From the NCBI GenBank assembly GCA_951406725.2, contig OX597821.1, positions 73,780,001-73,844,000 of the forward strand: a stretch of 64,000 bases of DNA. Direction: 5' to 3'. The DNA comes from Octopus vulgaris (lineage: Eukaryota). Positions 11,311 through 25,261 of the stretch are shown piece after piece. Position 1 is the first letter of the stretch. Every line of letters begins with the position of its first letter. The translations under genes were made by a program, and so were the position numbers. Under the pieces are notes generated by a model, which searched no databases, was not told where the DNA came from, and saw nothing but the letters and a program-made list of their open reading frames with translations.

Positions 11311-13590
11311 TTATATGTTATCCTGAAGTTTGGTAACAAGTCTTAGGATTCTTGTAAAATACACGAAGGCACTTTTCTCCCGGTGAACAATGTGCATCTC
11401 AATTCTAACATTCTTCAGCCTCATAGACAGCCTTTTGAGTGTTTTGCCATGTGCATCCATTGCGACGGGAACATTTGTCACCTTCGTCTTCCGCAATCTC
11501 TTAATCTATCTTGCGAGATCCTGATAGACACAGTTTCCTCAATTTCTTTGATATCTACTCTGTTATCATATGGTATGGCTATGACTTTATACTGTTTGTT
11601 TCTTTTGTCCTCTCTAATCATAATCTGGTCGCTTTGCGTCAATTGCATGACCAGTCTTCATGGGGAAAATGTCAAAACTTCATAATTATTATTCCCCATC
11701 ACAGCTTATCTATTTTCATAACTTTTTTCTGTCTCTTAGAATCCACACACTCGGTTAACATTCCAATGCATTTTTACCGCCACAGTCACGAAAGAAGAGA
11801 TCTTGTATATATCTGGTGTCTTTAAATTCCAGCTATGTGGGGCCCTGTCAAATACCGATTTCTTTACTACCCACAAGGGGCTAAACACAGAGAGGACAAA
11901 CAAGGACAGACAAACGGATTAAGTCGATTACATCGACCCCAGTGCGTAACTGGTACTTATTTAATCGACCTCGAAAGGATGAAAGGCAAAGTAGACCTCG
12001 GTGGAATTTGAACTCAGAACGTAACGGTAGACGAAATACCGCTAAGCATTTCACCCGGTGTGCGAACGTTTCTGCCAGATTGCCACTGTCAAATACCCTA
12101 CGATAGTCAATCCATGCTGTGCTAAGATTTCATCTTTGGATAAGAAATTTTCGAGTATCATATGGTTTATTAATAGATGGTCTTTGCGTCTGTATGAGTT
12201 TCTTTTGCACCCTTTTTTGTTCAAGGATGTTGTTTGCATCGAGAAATTGGTGCATCTGTTCGGTGAGGATGGATGTAAGTGATTGTACATTTTTTGTCAA
12301 ACAAGTGATCGGCCTGTAGTTATTTTGGGGTTTTTTTGTGTCGTTCGCTTTAAGGAGTGGGTATGTTACCCCTAATGAAAGCCAGCTTGGAGTCTTTTCG
12401 GGGTTTCTGATGATGTTAGGGGAACATTCCATTAACAGACGGTGTGATGATGAGAGGCTATTAAGCCAGACGTTTGGGATTTCATCATGTGCAGGAGACT
12501 CCCACATATGAACTTTGGATACTTCTTGCATTGTAATATTTTTCCATCCTTGTTCTTCAATCTTAGCCATTCTTCCTTCTTCACTCTCTGTTCATTCAAC
12601 TTGTTGCATTTCTTTCTATCGCTCCATATGCTTTTCCAAAATGTCACTACTTCTTTCATATCAGGCGGGCCTTTTACTTCGATCGACTGTTTCCCTAACT
12701 CTCTGTAGAATTTCTTAGCATCAGTTTTAAATACCTTATTTTGTCTGTGAAATTTGTTCCTCTTTTCGTACTTGCGTAAGCGTTGAGCCTTAATCTGCAT
12801 TTTTCCTTCACCATCTCTTTTACTCTCAGTACTTCATTCAAGTTTATCAGATTGTATTTTCACTTTATCTTTCTAGACATTCTTGTCTTTACATCATTTC
12901 TTTTGGAGAGTTCGTCTAAGATCGATAATTCCCGTCGGACGATCTCCATTTCCTTATTTATGCACTCTTTCCACCTTGCGCGTTCGTGTGCTTTTTTGTG
13001 AGCCTTTTTCTTTGACGAACATTTTGTTTGTGGCAGCAAAAACTGTTGAGTATAAAAGATGGTTTAATGAGGATAAATCCATCTCAGTTTCAAGGAGAAG
13101 CTGCTTCAGGGCATAGTCATATAGTTTAATCGTTCAGTGATTTGATTTGGTATTCTAAAGTAGATGATCCTTCTCATTCATTTCTAGATGTTTAGAAATG
13201 CTCAGTTCTCTCAGGATATTGTTTTTTTGTCTCAAGTATTTTTTCTCCATTCACTTCAGCAAATGTGTCCGCCGTTGTGGCTTCAGGTTCGTTCCTGCTT
13301 TCTGTTACTTTACTTTCAGTTTGGCCACCTAATACTTGAGGTTCTAAGTTGTCTGCATCAACCTCATGTTCAAGGATGTCTCTATCAACAGATTGAATGT
13401 TTTTCTCTTCATTATTACCAGTGCCTGCACCTTGCGCTTCAGCTTGACTTTCTGACATGGTAGTGGAATTATTTTTATTGCCTCTAATTCTGCTGGTGTT
13501 TGACGGTTATTACACATGATGTCTCTTCGTACATCGGCTAATTTGTCTGCATCATTATAATAACGGCTGCCATCTCCTGTCATTTCTCTT
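11311..13590 (-). mobile_element. R4/Dong-clade non-LTR retrotransposon, internally deleted and decayed, interrupted by a SINE
   Basis: AQRLRKYEKRNKFHRQNKVFKTDAKKFYREL, FWKSIW, NYRPITCL, GCKRNSY..KDHLLIN (N-terminal RT), then a jump to an RLE tail (IPYDNRVDIKEIE, VPVAMDAHG, KSAFVYFTRILR). Confidence 0.85.
11857..12085 (-). mobile_element. SINE A with 12-bp TSD, inserted in the Dong RT
   Basis: ctgtcaaatacc is duplicated at 11845-11856 and 12086-12097. Confidence 0.9.
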
Positions 13591-13633
13591 CAGATATTGA
13601 AACACAACGCAGTTTTATTACGTCCTGGTTGGT

Positions 13634-13962
13634 ACGTAACTGGTACTTATTTAGTCCACCCCGAAAGGATGAAAGGGATAGTTGACCTCAGCAGAATTTG
13701 AACTCAGAACGTAAAGACAGACGAAATACCTATTTCTTTACTACCCACAAGGGGCTAAACACAGAGAGGACAAACAAGGATAGACAAACGGATTAAGTCG
13801 GTTATATCGATCCCAGTGCGTAACTGGTACTTATTTAATCGACCCCGAAAGGATGAAAGGCAAAGTCGACCTCGGCAGAATTTGAACTCGGAACGTAACG
13901 GCAGACGAAATACCGCTAAGCATTTCGTCCCGTATGCTAATGTTTCTGCCAGCTCGCCGCCT
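13634..13962 (-). mobile_element. Dimeric SINE A
   Basis: A full unit ending GTAGTAAAGAAATA is joined to the internal GGTATTTCGTCTG of a second unit. Confidence 0.85.
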
Positions 13963-14112
13963 TAGAAAGTGAAAAAATATCATTAATATAATTTAATAGG
14001 TCAAAATACATATTAGTTTTAACTCTCTTTCCCCTCTAAGCATTATATATTCCATTACGAATACAATATTTTCTAATTCAAAGGCGGCGAGCTGGCAGGA
14101 ATAATAATAATA

Positions 14113-14480
14113 ATAACAAGAACACTCAGAGAGCGCAAACCTCCGCCAAGGCAACACCAACGTCCAGTCAATGATTAGCCAGAGTTGATTTTTAAAATGA
14201 GAATATCTGAAATAAACTCGATCGCTCTCACAAACGAAAATACTAAATATGAAACCGACCGCTCTCAAAAATTAAGTAAAATAAAAAAAACCGGAAATAT
14301 AATCCAAAATTCTTGTCCAGTATCAGATCGATCCCAAAATCTAATCAGTTCGTGCCAGTCACAAGGCGAAACATCCCTGAAATTTTCATATGAATTCATC
14401 CAGTGGTTCTTGAGATATCATGTCTACAGACAAACATGGCTGAAAACAATACCTCCGCCTTAGCAAAGGTGGAGGTAATA
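14113..14480. mobile_element. Helentron-associated (HINE/DINE-1-like) non-autonomous element
   Basis: Begins AACAAG...AACCTCCGCCAAGG and ends with hairpin ACCTCCGCC-ttagcaaa-GGTGGAGGT-AATAA. The subterminal repeat plus terminal stem-loop is typical of HINEs. Confidence 0.6.
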
Positions 14481-14904
14481 ATAAAGGAGGTGCGTTAGCA
14501 GACTCGTTCGAGGGTCTGAAATATTGCTTTGCAGCATTTTGTCCAACCTTTTACGTTCTGAGTTCAATTGCCACCGAGACCAGCTTATTCTTGCATCCCT
14601 TGGGGGTCGATAAAATAAAGTACCAATGAAGTACTTTGGGTCGATGTAACCGAATATTCTCTTCCTCGCAAAACCGCTGGTCTTGTAGTGCCAAGATTTA
14701 AAACATCTAATGCCTTTGAAATCAAAGAACCACCCCAGCTCCGAATAAAATGTTTGCAGTATTTAATCCCATTTCAGTCGATTATGGGTTCAAATCTCAT
14801 TGAGGCCAACTTGTTTTTCACCATCCTGGGGTCAATTATGCAAATATCGGTCAAATGCATCGAAATATGTGGCATTGTGCTTTTGTTAGAAATATTGTTG
14901 TTTT

Positions 14905-15044
14905 CCCTTGCAGAAAATGTAACCACATGGTTCTGGGTTCAATCCCACTGCGTGGCACCTTGGGCAAGTGTCTTCAACTATAGTCTCGGGCCGACCAAAG
15001 CCTTGTGAGTGGATTTGGTTGACGGAAACTGAAAATAGCTCGTC

Positions 15045-15121
<77 letters not shown>

Positions 15122-15325
15122 TGTGTTTGTCCCCCAACATCGCTTGACAACCGATGCTGGTGTGTTTGCGTCCCTGTAACTTAGCGGTTCGGCATATGTA
15201 AGAGACCGATAGAATAAGTACTAGGCTTACAAAGAATAAGTCCTTGGGGGTCGATTTCTTCGACTAAAGGCGGTGCTCCAGCACGGCCGCAGTCAAATGA
15301 GTGAAACAAGTAAAAGAGTAAAAGA
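14905..15325 (+). mobile_element. SINE family B
   Basis: Family core, internal (TA)n(TGTA)n and the conserved tail. Confidence 0.85.
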
Positions 15326-16075
15326 GAAAGAGTGTAGGAAATATGAATGAAAGAAATTTTTCGTACAACCAAGATGTTTAGATCCATTCGTTGGTTTGAA
15401 GAAAACCAATTCCGTTTTCTAAGGGTTAACTACAAGGTAATACACGTGACACCGATCGACAGAGATGTGAAAACAATAAGAGCAGAAAACCTCATGGCAA
15501 ACATCACATTGGTAGATATCATATTCTCTGCTCAAATTAATCCGAAGTTTTGATAGCGATTTTCCATTATATTCCGTCCTAATTTTGCAATAAATATGCA
15601 AGATAATTCCTAGCAAATTACAAAAAAAAAAACATACATCCCGAAATAAAACAAAGCAAAACAATATACCAAAAAAAAAAAACAAGAAAAAAAAAAACAA
15701 GCGCAAAGAATTTGAAAGGCAACGCCAAATAATGTCGGAAAATTAACAGGAATCATAGAATAGCATAAATCTCATAAATCTAGAGAAACAATTGTGGAAG
15801 AAATAGAACAAACTTTCGTTGATATTATCAAAGGATTGTTTGGTTGTTTGTTGATTGTGTGTGTGTGTGTGTGTGTGTGTATGAGTGTGTGTGTATGAGT
15901 GTGTGTGTCCGTATGTATGTTTTGTTTCTGCTATAACGAAATAGATATACTTCCCACCATTTTTTTTTATGTGTAAAAGTGATTCGTAGCAGTTGTTACA
16001 AGTCAATCAGTTAGAGAATAAAAGTTCAGGTTAAGAAGACGGTGTGGGAGCGATCATTGGAGAGAGATTGGAGAG

Positions 16076-16123
<48 letters not shown>

Positions 16124-16951
16124 GACAAACAGACAGACACAGAGAGAAAACAAGGAATGTGGTTATAAAGAAAATATATAAGGAATATAGAAACAGTGAG
16201 TTACACATACACGCACACATAAATACACACACACACACACATACATGAAAAGATACATAGACATATATAATATAATATATTCATACACACACACTGACAC
16301 ACACACATAAAGACGTATGTGTGCGTGTCAGGAAAAGAGAGAGAGATATGGGGGGGGGGAAATCGGGAAAGACAGAACAAGATAGGAAGAGATAAATAAA
16401 AGATAGAAAGAAACAGAGAAAGAAAGAGAGAGGGAGGGAGGGGGAGAAAGATTGTGGAGAAAGAGAGAGAGAGACAGAGAGAGAGAGAGATAGAGAGAAG
16501 GTGATTGTAAGGTGGAGGAATATTACGCTATCAGCGGAAGAAGTGTAATTAATGTTCAATATTACAGCATTTCGCATCTACCTGGAGGAAATTAGCCTCA
16601 ACGGAAGAGAGATAGGCTTCTTCCAATAACCGATAGAATCACAAATACCAGTCGTCTTTCCCCCTCTGGGATTCAACTTCACTAACAATATTGATGGCTC
16701 CCTCCTCCTCTTCTTCTACTTATCTCTCGTAAATGTGTGCCTATATAAATATATAATATATATATATTTATATATAATATATATTTACATATAATATATA
16801 TATTTATATATGATATATATAATATATATATGCGTGTGTGTGTGTATGTACGTATGTATAAATATATACATATGTATTGCATATAAATGTTTATGTGTAA
16901 ATATATGTGTAAATATACAAATGCACACACATACTAACACACACACACATA

Positions 16952-16996
<45 letters not shown>

Positions 16997-17408
16997 TTTA
17001 CATATATATCTGTTGATATATATGTATATTAATTTATTTGCTTATAGATATGTATAAATATATATGCATATGCATTTATGTATTTAAGTACATACACACA
17101 CACGCTCACACATGTATGTATGTATGTATAAATGTATGTATTGTAGACGATTATTGAGCAGCGAAACTGATGTTGGTACGTCACAGAATTGGTGACGTCG
17201 TTTTGGCCTGTGTGTTTAAATAAAAGAGGAAGATATAGAAAACAATATACATACAGTATATTGTAGTGTGTGTGTGTGTGTGTGTGTGTGAGTGTGTGCG
17301 TATATATATGTATATATACATTTATATATTATTTATAAAAATAGACACGCGCAAAAACATACGCCATTATATTCAAATATACACAGATACGTGCATACAT
17401 ACGTTACT

Positions 17409-17439
<31 letters not shown>

Positions 17440-17459
17440 CACACAGATATATATATATT

Positions 17460-17632
17460 CGGGGCAAGTCGGTTAGATCGACCCCAGTACGCAACTGGTA
17501 CTTAATTCATCGACCCCGAAAGGATGAAAGGCAAAGTCGACCTCGACAGAATTCGAACTGAGAACGTAAAGACAGGCGAAATACCGCTAAGCATTTTGCC
17601 CACCGTCCTAACGGTTCTGCCAGCTCGCCGCC
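17460..17632 (-). mobile_element. SINE A
   Basis: Family head and core. Confidence 0.85.
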
Positions 17633-18893
17633 TTGGTTAAACAATAAAATAATGAAAGCAAGATTTAATTCCGATCTTAGAAGATTAAAAGTAATATTCG
17701 ACACTGTAGATTCATTCGTTATCTCATTCTTTCATTCCTTCCTTCTACTTTCTTCTCCTTTTCTCTCTCCACCTCCCTCTCTTTATATGCCCTTGTATGA
17801 ATATGCCTATGTATAAGTTCACTATCTCTCTCTCTCTGATTTTGTGAACGGAGATTTAAAAGGGGCTGGTCCACGTTCTCCGCCGGCACGCCAATGCGAG
17901 ATAGGCAAGCACGGCCACAGTGGTTGCAGTTGAAGGTCTAGTCAGGATGTGATGACGTGGTATTGCGGTCCTTCCAGCGTCATCTTTCAACTGCCATTTG
18001 TGTTCCTTTCCCATCGCTACAAGCCTTGGAATTGATGGTTGCGGACGTGCCCTTCGAGCTTGCGCAGTGCAGCCACTAGGTGACAGGCAGTGTGCTGAAC
18101 TGGTGCCACTCTTTTCCCCCGGGATTCATCGGCCATTGCCCAGCAAGCTGGGCAAGTGTTAGCGAGGTCCTCGAGTTTAGGTTTTAATTCAGAGTTTCCT
18201 TCTTCTAGTCTCTGGCTAAAATGCCTTCTTCAGATGCTCAAGGGAGGGCAGTTACCCAGGCTGGTGGGTAGCTACTGTCCAGTATGTCTCGCCACTAACA
18301 CTATTAAACTCACACATGAGACCTTGAGATGTAGTACGACCTCGGGTCAGAGCGATCTTTGGAGTAAAGCGACTTAAGGGGATCTCCATTCTCCCCAGAA
18401 CCCCAGAACTCTCGAACTGGTGCCTCACCACCGGATGTGGTTTAGTATCATACCTAGGACAAATATGTACACACGCACACATAATTATATGTTATATGTA
18501 TACATATATATATGTAGACATAAATACATATACATACATACACACATACACCCATTTGTGTTTTGATGTAATCTAAGAATGCATTAATAAAATGCTACCG
18601 AAAGAGCTGTAGTAAATTTTGTGTTCTTTTATACATACGCCACGCCTTCAGCCAGACCCAAGTCGGATCTCCGGTTTAGATTGGATATATTCTTGAAGTT
18701 ACAGTGCTCTACCAACAAATGGCACCTAAAGCTTGCTTTTACCTTACTGTGAACTCAGTGTTTTCTTAAACATTCTCTACGTGCAAAACACCAGCCTGAA
18801 CTTCTAACTTGTTGTCTCTTGAGGTCTTTGGGTGAGACTTGGAACCAACTTGTACAAATACAATGCAAAAGCCAACTAAATAATAATAATAGC

Positions 18894-18976
<83 letters not shown>

Positions 18977-19380
18977 GAATATTCTGCTCAATAGCACAGA
19001 TTTGCTCGTCAGTTGTTTGACCTTAACCAGTCGATCATGTCCCTTATATGATATGTGCATTTCTGATCACAAGCAGAAGTAGTGGGGGAGCATCATAGCC
19101 ATGTGTTGTGAGGAATTCTTTGGAGTCTGGATAATTCACCTTTGGAAACATGAGTGTTTCGTTCAATTGAGCGGGATGGGCTACTCGATCTGAAGAAAAT
19201 TCTAACTGGGCTCCAGGTCATATACTGTTTAACTTGATATGAGATCACTATGTTGCACACATGTGGTTGTGATGGATGTTCCCGGTGTACCCTTATCAGA
19301 GGGGTAGTCATGATGGGTATACTGGGCTTTGTATATTTTACCCCAGTGTCACGTTTATGGCATGCACTGCTATCTCACTC

Positions 19381-19420
<40 letters not shown>

Positions 19421-19424
<4 letters not shown>

Positions 19425-19835
19425 AACTGGACATTGTTGTGGTGAACAAAAAAGAAAGAACTTGCATGATAATCGACACAGTATGTCTCGAAGACAACAG
19501 GATTAAAGAGAAAGAAGGAAAACTGAACAACTTTGACGATTTGAAGTGGGAAATACAAAGGTTGTTGAGAATAGACGTGATACCAATAGTAATTAGTGCA
19601 TTTGGAAGTATCAACTCTCAACTACCAGCATGGCTGAAAAAGATTGGTACAAATGTAAAGATAGAAGACATACAAAAATCAGCATTGCATGGAACTCCAA
19701 GAGGTCTTCGCAGGGTTCTTGACGCATGACCAGGAAACAAGTGTCACCTTAGTCTGCTGGTTGTGGACAGCTGACACCTTCCATCGTACCCAGCAAAATA
19801 AGCTAAGAGTTTTCATCAAACAATGAAAATAATGA
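19421..19835 (+). mobile_element. 5'-truncated Dong/R4 LINE (RLE domain plus 3' UTR) directly after (AAT)n
   Basis: KLDIVVVNKKERTCMIID..EDNRIKEKE..DDLKWEIQRL..VIPIVISAFG..QKSALHGT..LRRVL is a PD-(D/E)xK RLE. The 3' UTR motif is shared with about 47135-47166. Confidence 0.9.
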
Positions 19836-20172
19836 TACTAAATGAAGTGCGCGTGTTTATTAATGAGATACAACTAAATTAGTCGAGTACTTTGAAGACG
19901 AAATCAAGGTCTTCCCAGGAATTGGAGAATTGGCAGTATACTATTTATACTTTAGTTCTTTATTTTGGTATATTTTTATGAAAATTTAATCATCTTCGGA
20001 ATTGGTCACGTACTAGAATTCAGAGTGAATTCTTCATCAAAAACAAATGAAAATAGAACCTTTTAAATGTAGTTTAAATATTTTAAATATAGTATAAGAA
20101 AGATAATCCATAAGGTAATATTTTATGGAATAACACACTCGGAATTTTATCCGAGTGTGTTATTACACACAG

Positions 20173-20211
<39 letters not shown>

Positions 20212-20224
20212 TGTATGTATGTAT

Positions 20225-20640
20225 CTATCTATACACACACACATCCTTTTACTTGTTTCAGCCATTTGACTGCGGCCATGCTGGAGCACAGCCTTTAGTC
20301 GAACCAATCGATGCCAAGACTTATTCTTTGTAAGCCTAGTAATTATTCTATCGGTCTCTTGCCGAACCGCTAAGTTACGGGGACGTAAACACACCAGCAT
20401 CAGTTGTCACGTGATGGTGATGGGAGAAACACAGACACACACATATATATATATATATGCATATATATATATATATATATATATACGACGGGCTTTCAGT
20501 TTCCGTCTATCAAATCCACGCACAAGGTCTTTGTCGGCCCGCGGGTATAGAAGACACTTGTCCAAGGTGCTACGCAGTGGGACTGAACCCGGAACCATGT
20601 GATTGGGAAGCAAGCTTCTTACCACATAGTCACTCCTGCG

Positions 20641-20642
<2 letters not shown>
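20225..20642 (-). mobile_element. SINE family B, full length
   Basis: Head, core and tail all match the other copies. Confidence 0.85.
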
Positions 20643-20714
<72 letters not shown>

Positions 20715-21276
20715 TTGTGTGTTTGATCGAGTATACATGTATTAATACATATAAACTTCGTGAGAAAGTGAAACAATTCTTTTTTGGAGCAGAGGATCTC
20801 GAAGCTTTTACTAATTGGTTTAGGTGATTATGTAGTCGAGAGCAAAACCAACAATTTTTAAGCCCTTCCACTGTTAGCCTAGCAGAACATCCAGGATGTG
20901 ACAAGCGGAAGGAAACAGGGCTGAACCAGAACTCTGCTGTGCTCATTTTTAGTTAGAATTAACTGAAGTAACTTAAAGTCAAGTGCCTTGCCCAAGGACA
21001 CAGCGCACGATTAGGTCCAACAAATAAACCATAACAACTTGGATTTGACACTCTAAATCAAAAAACGCATTGGGCATTCATAGCTCCGAGATTTACTACG
21101 TATTTAGTAGAGTTGTTTATAGAGACTACTGTTGGAAGAATATGAACCAGAGAACTTTCTGACGCCAGGTAGAAACGTTATCGAACCGGTCTACAAATAT
21201 GAGTACAACAGAAGGTTTATGGCTCGGTGTGTGTGTGGGTGTAAATTTGTACGATTGAGAGCATATACATGTAAAT

Positions 21277-21319
<43 letters not shown>

Positions 21320-22684
21320 GACATGCATATACACACATATACACAAACACGTTAAAATACATGCGCACACACATGTATATGTATGTATAAGCATATACAT
21401 ATATGTATACACATACGAAATACATTTATATGTACGTATGTACGTAAGTATGTATATATAAATGTATATCTGTAAGATCGTATTGCAAATAAGAAACTAC
21501 ACTTACATAGCTACGCACGCATTCAGATATTTACCCCTGATATCTATGTCGTTCGATTACTGGAAAATATTACTTTCGAAATCGATTTCTTCTAATTATA
21601 ACAAGATATAATCTAAAAAATTAAAATATGTCGATAATCATCATAGAAATTGGAATATTATTTATTTATTTCTTCTCTGTCCATGGTATTCCTCACAAAC
21701 AACAACCCCCTCCTTCCCCGCTTTCAACACTCTTCGTTTCTCCGTCTTCAGCCTGTTCTCTCCTACTTCAACACCGCCCCCTACCGCATTCCTCCAACTT
21801 GCCAACACGATACATAGTCAATTTGTGGCTTATAAGACTAACTACAGACAGCATTATTTGCTTACCGTTTGAAGCAGTTAGGTGGAATGACCATCGCAAG
21901 TTGGCGCCAATGATTCTAGTGTGATAATGACTGCTGGAATTATCGTGTCGGGACTAGTTTGTCTTCAACTGGCATAATTCGATATGCATTTCATTAAGCA
22001 GTGTCGATCTGTGTTTGAGAGGACATTTCACCTAGCTGTGGCACCAACGCTGCATAGAAATGTCAGTACCTCATCAATGTGGGTCATCACTCTAAATTTA
22101 TCACTAATGGATACTTACCGGTGCTATCCTCCCTTGGTATCGGCGAAATCTTATAATAATAATGATGATGGCGGCAGCAATACTTCGCTGCTCGTTACTG
22201 TTAGACCTTCTGACAATTGCTGTCAGTAGAACGCTCTTCAGAACAATTTCACTTCTGTACACATTTCGTTCCTCGTTCTCGGCATTAATCCAGACAAATG
22301 GCATGATCAACTTAGTTCGAAAGAAAAATCACAATCACAATGGGATTTCAGAGCAACTTACCGAAATCAAATACATTTTAATTTGCCGAAACTCACAAAT
22401 ATTCCAAATAATTACAAATATGTCCTTCGTTCGCCAACATTCTCTCTCTATCTTCGAACCTCTTCTATATTTATGGAAATTTTCTCCTTATCTGGATTAC
22501 TTACTGAAATTGTAAAACTATATTTGGCCCTGATTTCTTTTTAAATGGGTGCATTTGCTAAATATTCTATTTTGTGTAGGTATAGGCACGTGCGTGTGTG
22601 CATGTGTGTTCGCGTATATATATGCAAGTATTTGTATCTCATTTGCATATATATATATAATATATATTTGCATATATAAATACA

Positions 22685-22904
22685 TACGCAAGGGGATGCT
22701 GAAAAGGTCTTGGTTTTAAGGGTATCGCGAAAGGGCTTACTAGAGGCCCGACATTCCGACTTCTTTTACAGGGATTAGAAAAACAGAATGAGCGCCGCAA
22801 TAAGTGTGTGAATCTGAGAGGGGAATATGTTGAATAAAATCATAATTAATTGATCCTCCTGTATATTATTACCCAAAAACCAGGCACTTTTCAGTACCCA
22901 TCGT
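22685..22904 (+). mobile_element. Mariner-derived MITE
   Basis: Degenerate TIRs (..GCTGAAAAGGTCTTGGTTTT / AAAACCAGGCACTTTTCAGT..) around a transposase C-terminus (FLQGLEK..KCVNLRGEYVE*). Confidence 0.7.
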
Positions 22905-22930
22905 GTGTATATAAGTAAATAAATATATTC

Positions 22931-23500
22931 ATGCATATTTTATATACTTTTATACGTTGAATAGACAGATTTCACGAAGCGGGGAGCGACACAACTGTCT
23001 TTACACGACACTAAATACAAACTCTCAACGATTTTTTCTCTCGTCTGAACCAATACGGTCCTTTTTATAAGAGTCCGGTTGGTCCATTCTGCCAATCCCA
23101 CAGGGGTGTCAATGACTCTTGCCACAACATCTCCCCCTTTTGAGATTGACTTCCATTGGAAGTTAATATTATTTTATTATTTTTTTCATAATATACACAG
23201 TTGGTGCTATCCATTTAGAATATTTCACTTTTTGGATAGATCCGATTTTTTCTAGTCTCTCTAGTCTCTTATTGGCTTGCTTCATCGCTGCGAAGGGTAC
23301 CATTCGTTTTGGTTTAAATACTGGTATGGCGTTTTCTTTTATTTGAAAACACGCCTTTGTCCTGGTACAAAGACTTAATTTATCGGGCAAAACTTCAGGA
23401 AAAATGTTTTTTGCTTTTCCTTTCAATTCGTCTGACGTCTTGTTTTTATTGGAGGAAAAACATTTATATTTTTACAGAACAAATTTATGGGGAGTTCCCA
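22931..23500 (-). mobile_element. Gypsy LTR retrotransposon remnant: RT N-terminus, PPT and 3' LTR
   Basis: IFPEV..CTRTKA.FQIKENAIPVFKPKRMVPFA..LERLEKIG.I.KV.YSKW.APTV. PPT AAAAGGGGGAGA (23130-23141) is followed by TG at 23129, with TATAAAA inside the ~200-bp LTR. Confidence 0.8.
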
Positions 23501-23504
23501 TAAA

Positions 23505-24015
23505 GACCAGGAAAAAGTGTTACAGGAGAGTTCGAGCAGTCCAAAAATCCGAGTGCACGTAACAAGGTGCTAGCCATAAATTCCTTAGCAGATCCTGTTG
23601 TTATTTACAGTTTCAATGTGTTGAACTGGAATATGAGCGAAATTAAGGAAAATTGACAGGAAAATCATCCGCAAGCTGCTGACTTGCAATAAGATGCACC
23701 CCCCCAAAGGCAGACGGAGTATGGATATGAGGTTACGGATGCTTGGTATCAACATACACCGGATAAAGTAATGGACGAACAGGGAAAGGAAAAAGTCTTC
23801 TGGGACTTTGACTTCCAGACAGACAAGGTATTGGAGCACCGAAGGCAGGATATAGTAATATTTAAGAGGGACAAACAAGAGTGCCTAATAACTAACGTGG
23901 CAGTGCCAAGATATCAACATATCATCATGAAAGAAAAAGAAAATGTTTATCAATATAGAGACCTGAGAATTGAGATCGCTAAGATGTGGCAGCTACGAGA
24001 GTCAAACATAAAGGT
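23505..24015 (+). mobile_element. Dong/R4 LINE fragment (post-RT region fused to RLE)
   Basis: NKVLAINSLA.PVVIYSFNVLNWNMSELRKIDRK, then VFWDFDFQTDKVLEHRRQDIVIF..YRDLRIEIAKMW. Confidence 0.85.
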
Positions 24016-24560
24016 CTTAGATAAACTTAGATATGTTTCGACCAAAGATTGGTCCAGGCCATGTCTAACTTAATAGCACCACCTGATAGGATTATTCGAA
24101 TCCTGTTTAAGTCAAGTTTTGTTCAAGTAGTGAGTTCTTGTTGGGTGAGTTGTATCCAGTTTTGTTCAAGTAGTGAGTTCTTGTTGGGTGAGTTGTATCC
24201 AATTATGGGTGGCTTATCTGGTATTCTTTGAAGGAATCTATCCAGACTCTGTTTAAAGTTGATGGGATCCTTTTCCTCTTTGATCTCCCTCGGGACAATG
24301 TTAAATAGGGCAGGGCCTGTTGAGGAAAAGAAATTATGTTGCAGTGTACATGTATGTTGTGATCTTGAATTGGGCAGGGGACGTATAGCCCGTGGTCCAA
24401 GTCTTGGATGAACCTTGAAGCTAATGTTTAGGTCGTTTGGGCAAAGTTGGCGGTATATTTTCCACATCGTACAAATGATGTACCGCTCATGGCGACGCTG
24501 GAGGGAGTAAAGTTTCAAGGCTTTAAGGCGATCCCAATAATCGAGAGCAGCCATGCCTTC
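24016..24560 (-). mobile_element. CR1/L2-type LINE 3' end
   Basis: LDYWDRLKALKLYSLQRRHERY..GPALFNIVP..FKQSLDRFLQRIPDKP. A 43-bp tandem duplication at 24115-24200 and a hairpin-containing 3' tail. Confidence 0.85.
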
Positions 24561-24587
24561 AATTTGTTTAATAGTAATAATAATAAT

Positions 24588-25060
24588 AGTTATTATTATT
24601 AAAGACAGGGAAGAGATTGCTTGTACACTAATAGATGTAAGTGTTCACACTGATAAAAATATATCTGTAAAGGAATTTGACAAATTAAGTAAATATAAGG
24701 ATCTGGAAATTGAGATACAAAAGATGTGACATCTTAAAGCAAGAACTGTTCCTGTTATTGTAGGTGCCCTAGGTATGATAGAAAAAAGGATATCAGAAAC
24801 ATTTAGGTAACATCCCAGGAGAACCACGTCTCAGAGATTGTGCTAACAGGTACTTGCTACTTAGAAAAGCTCTATCAGATTAAATGTCTGTGTTGTATTA
24901 CATGAAGATATTCCACTACTGCCTCTGCCACTTCCCTTCCCCAAGCTTTCAGCCTTATTGTAACATCTCTTATCCTTCACTCGCCCTAGGACACTGGGTG
25001 TGTTTCGCTAAGTGATTATAACAATCAGGCATATTAAAAGTAAATAACAAGAACAACAAC
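24588..25060 (+). mobile_element. 5'-truncated Dong/R4 LINE (RLE plus 3' UTR) between (AAT)n tracts
   Basis: CTLIDVSVHTDKNISVKEFDKLSKYKDLEIEIQKM*..VPVIVGALG, followed by a long (AAT/AAA)n tract to about 25285. Confidence 0.85.
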
Positions 25061-25064
25061 AACA

Positions 25065-25117
<53 letters not shown>

Positions 25118-25210
25118 TAATAAAAATAAAAATAATAAAAATAATAATAATAAAAAAATAATAATAATAAAAATAATAATAATAATAATAAAAATAATAA
25201 TAATAATAAC

Positions 25211-25261
<51 letters not shown>

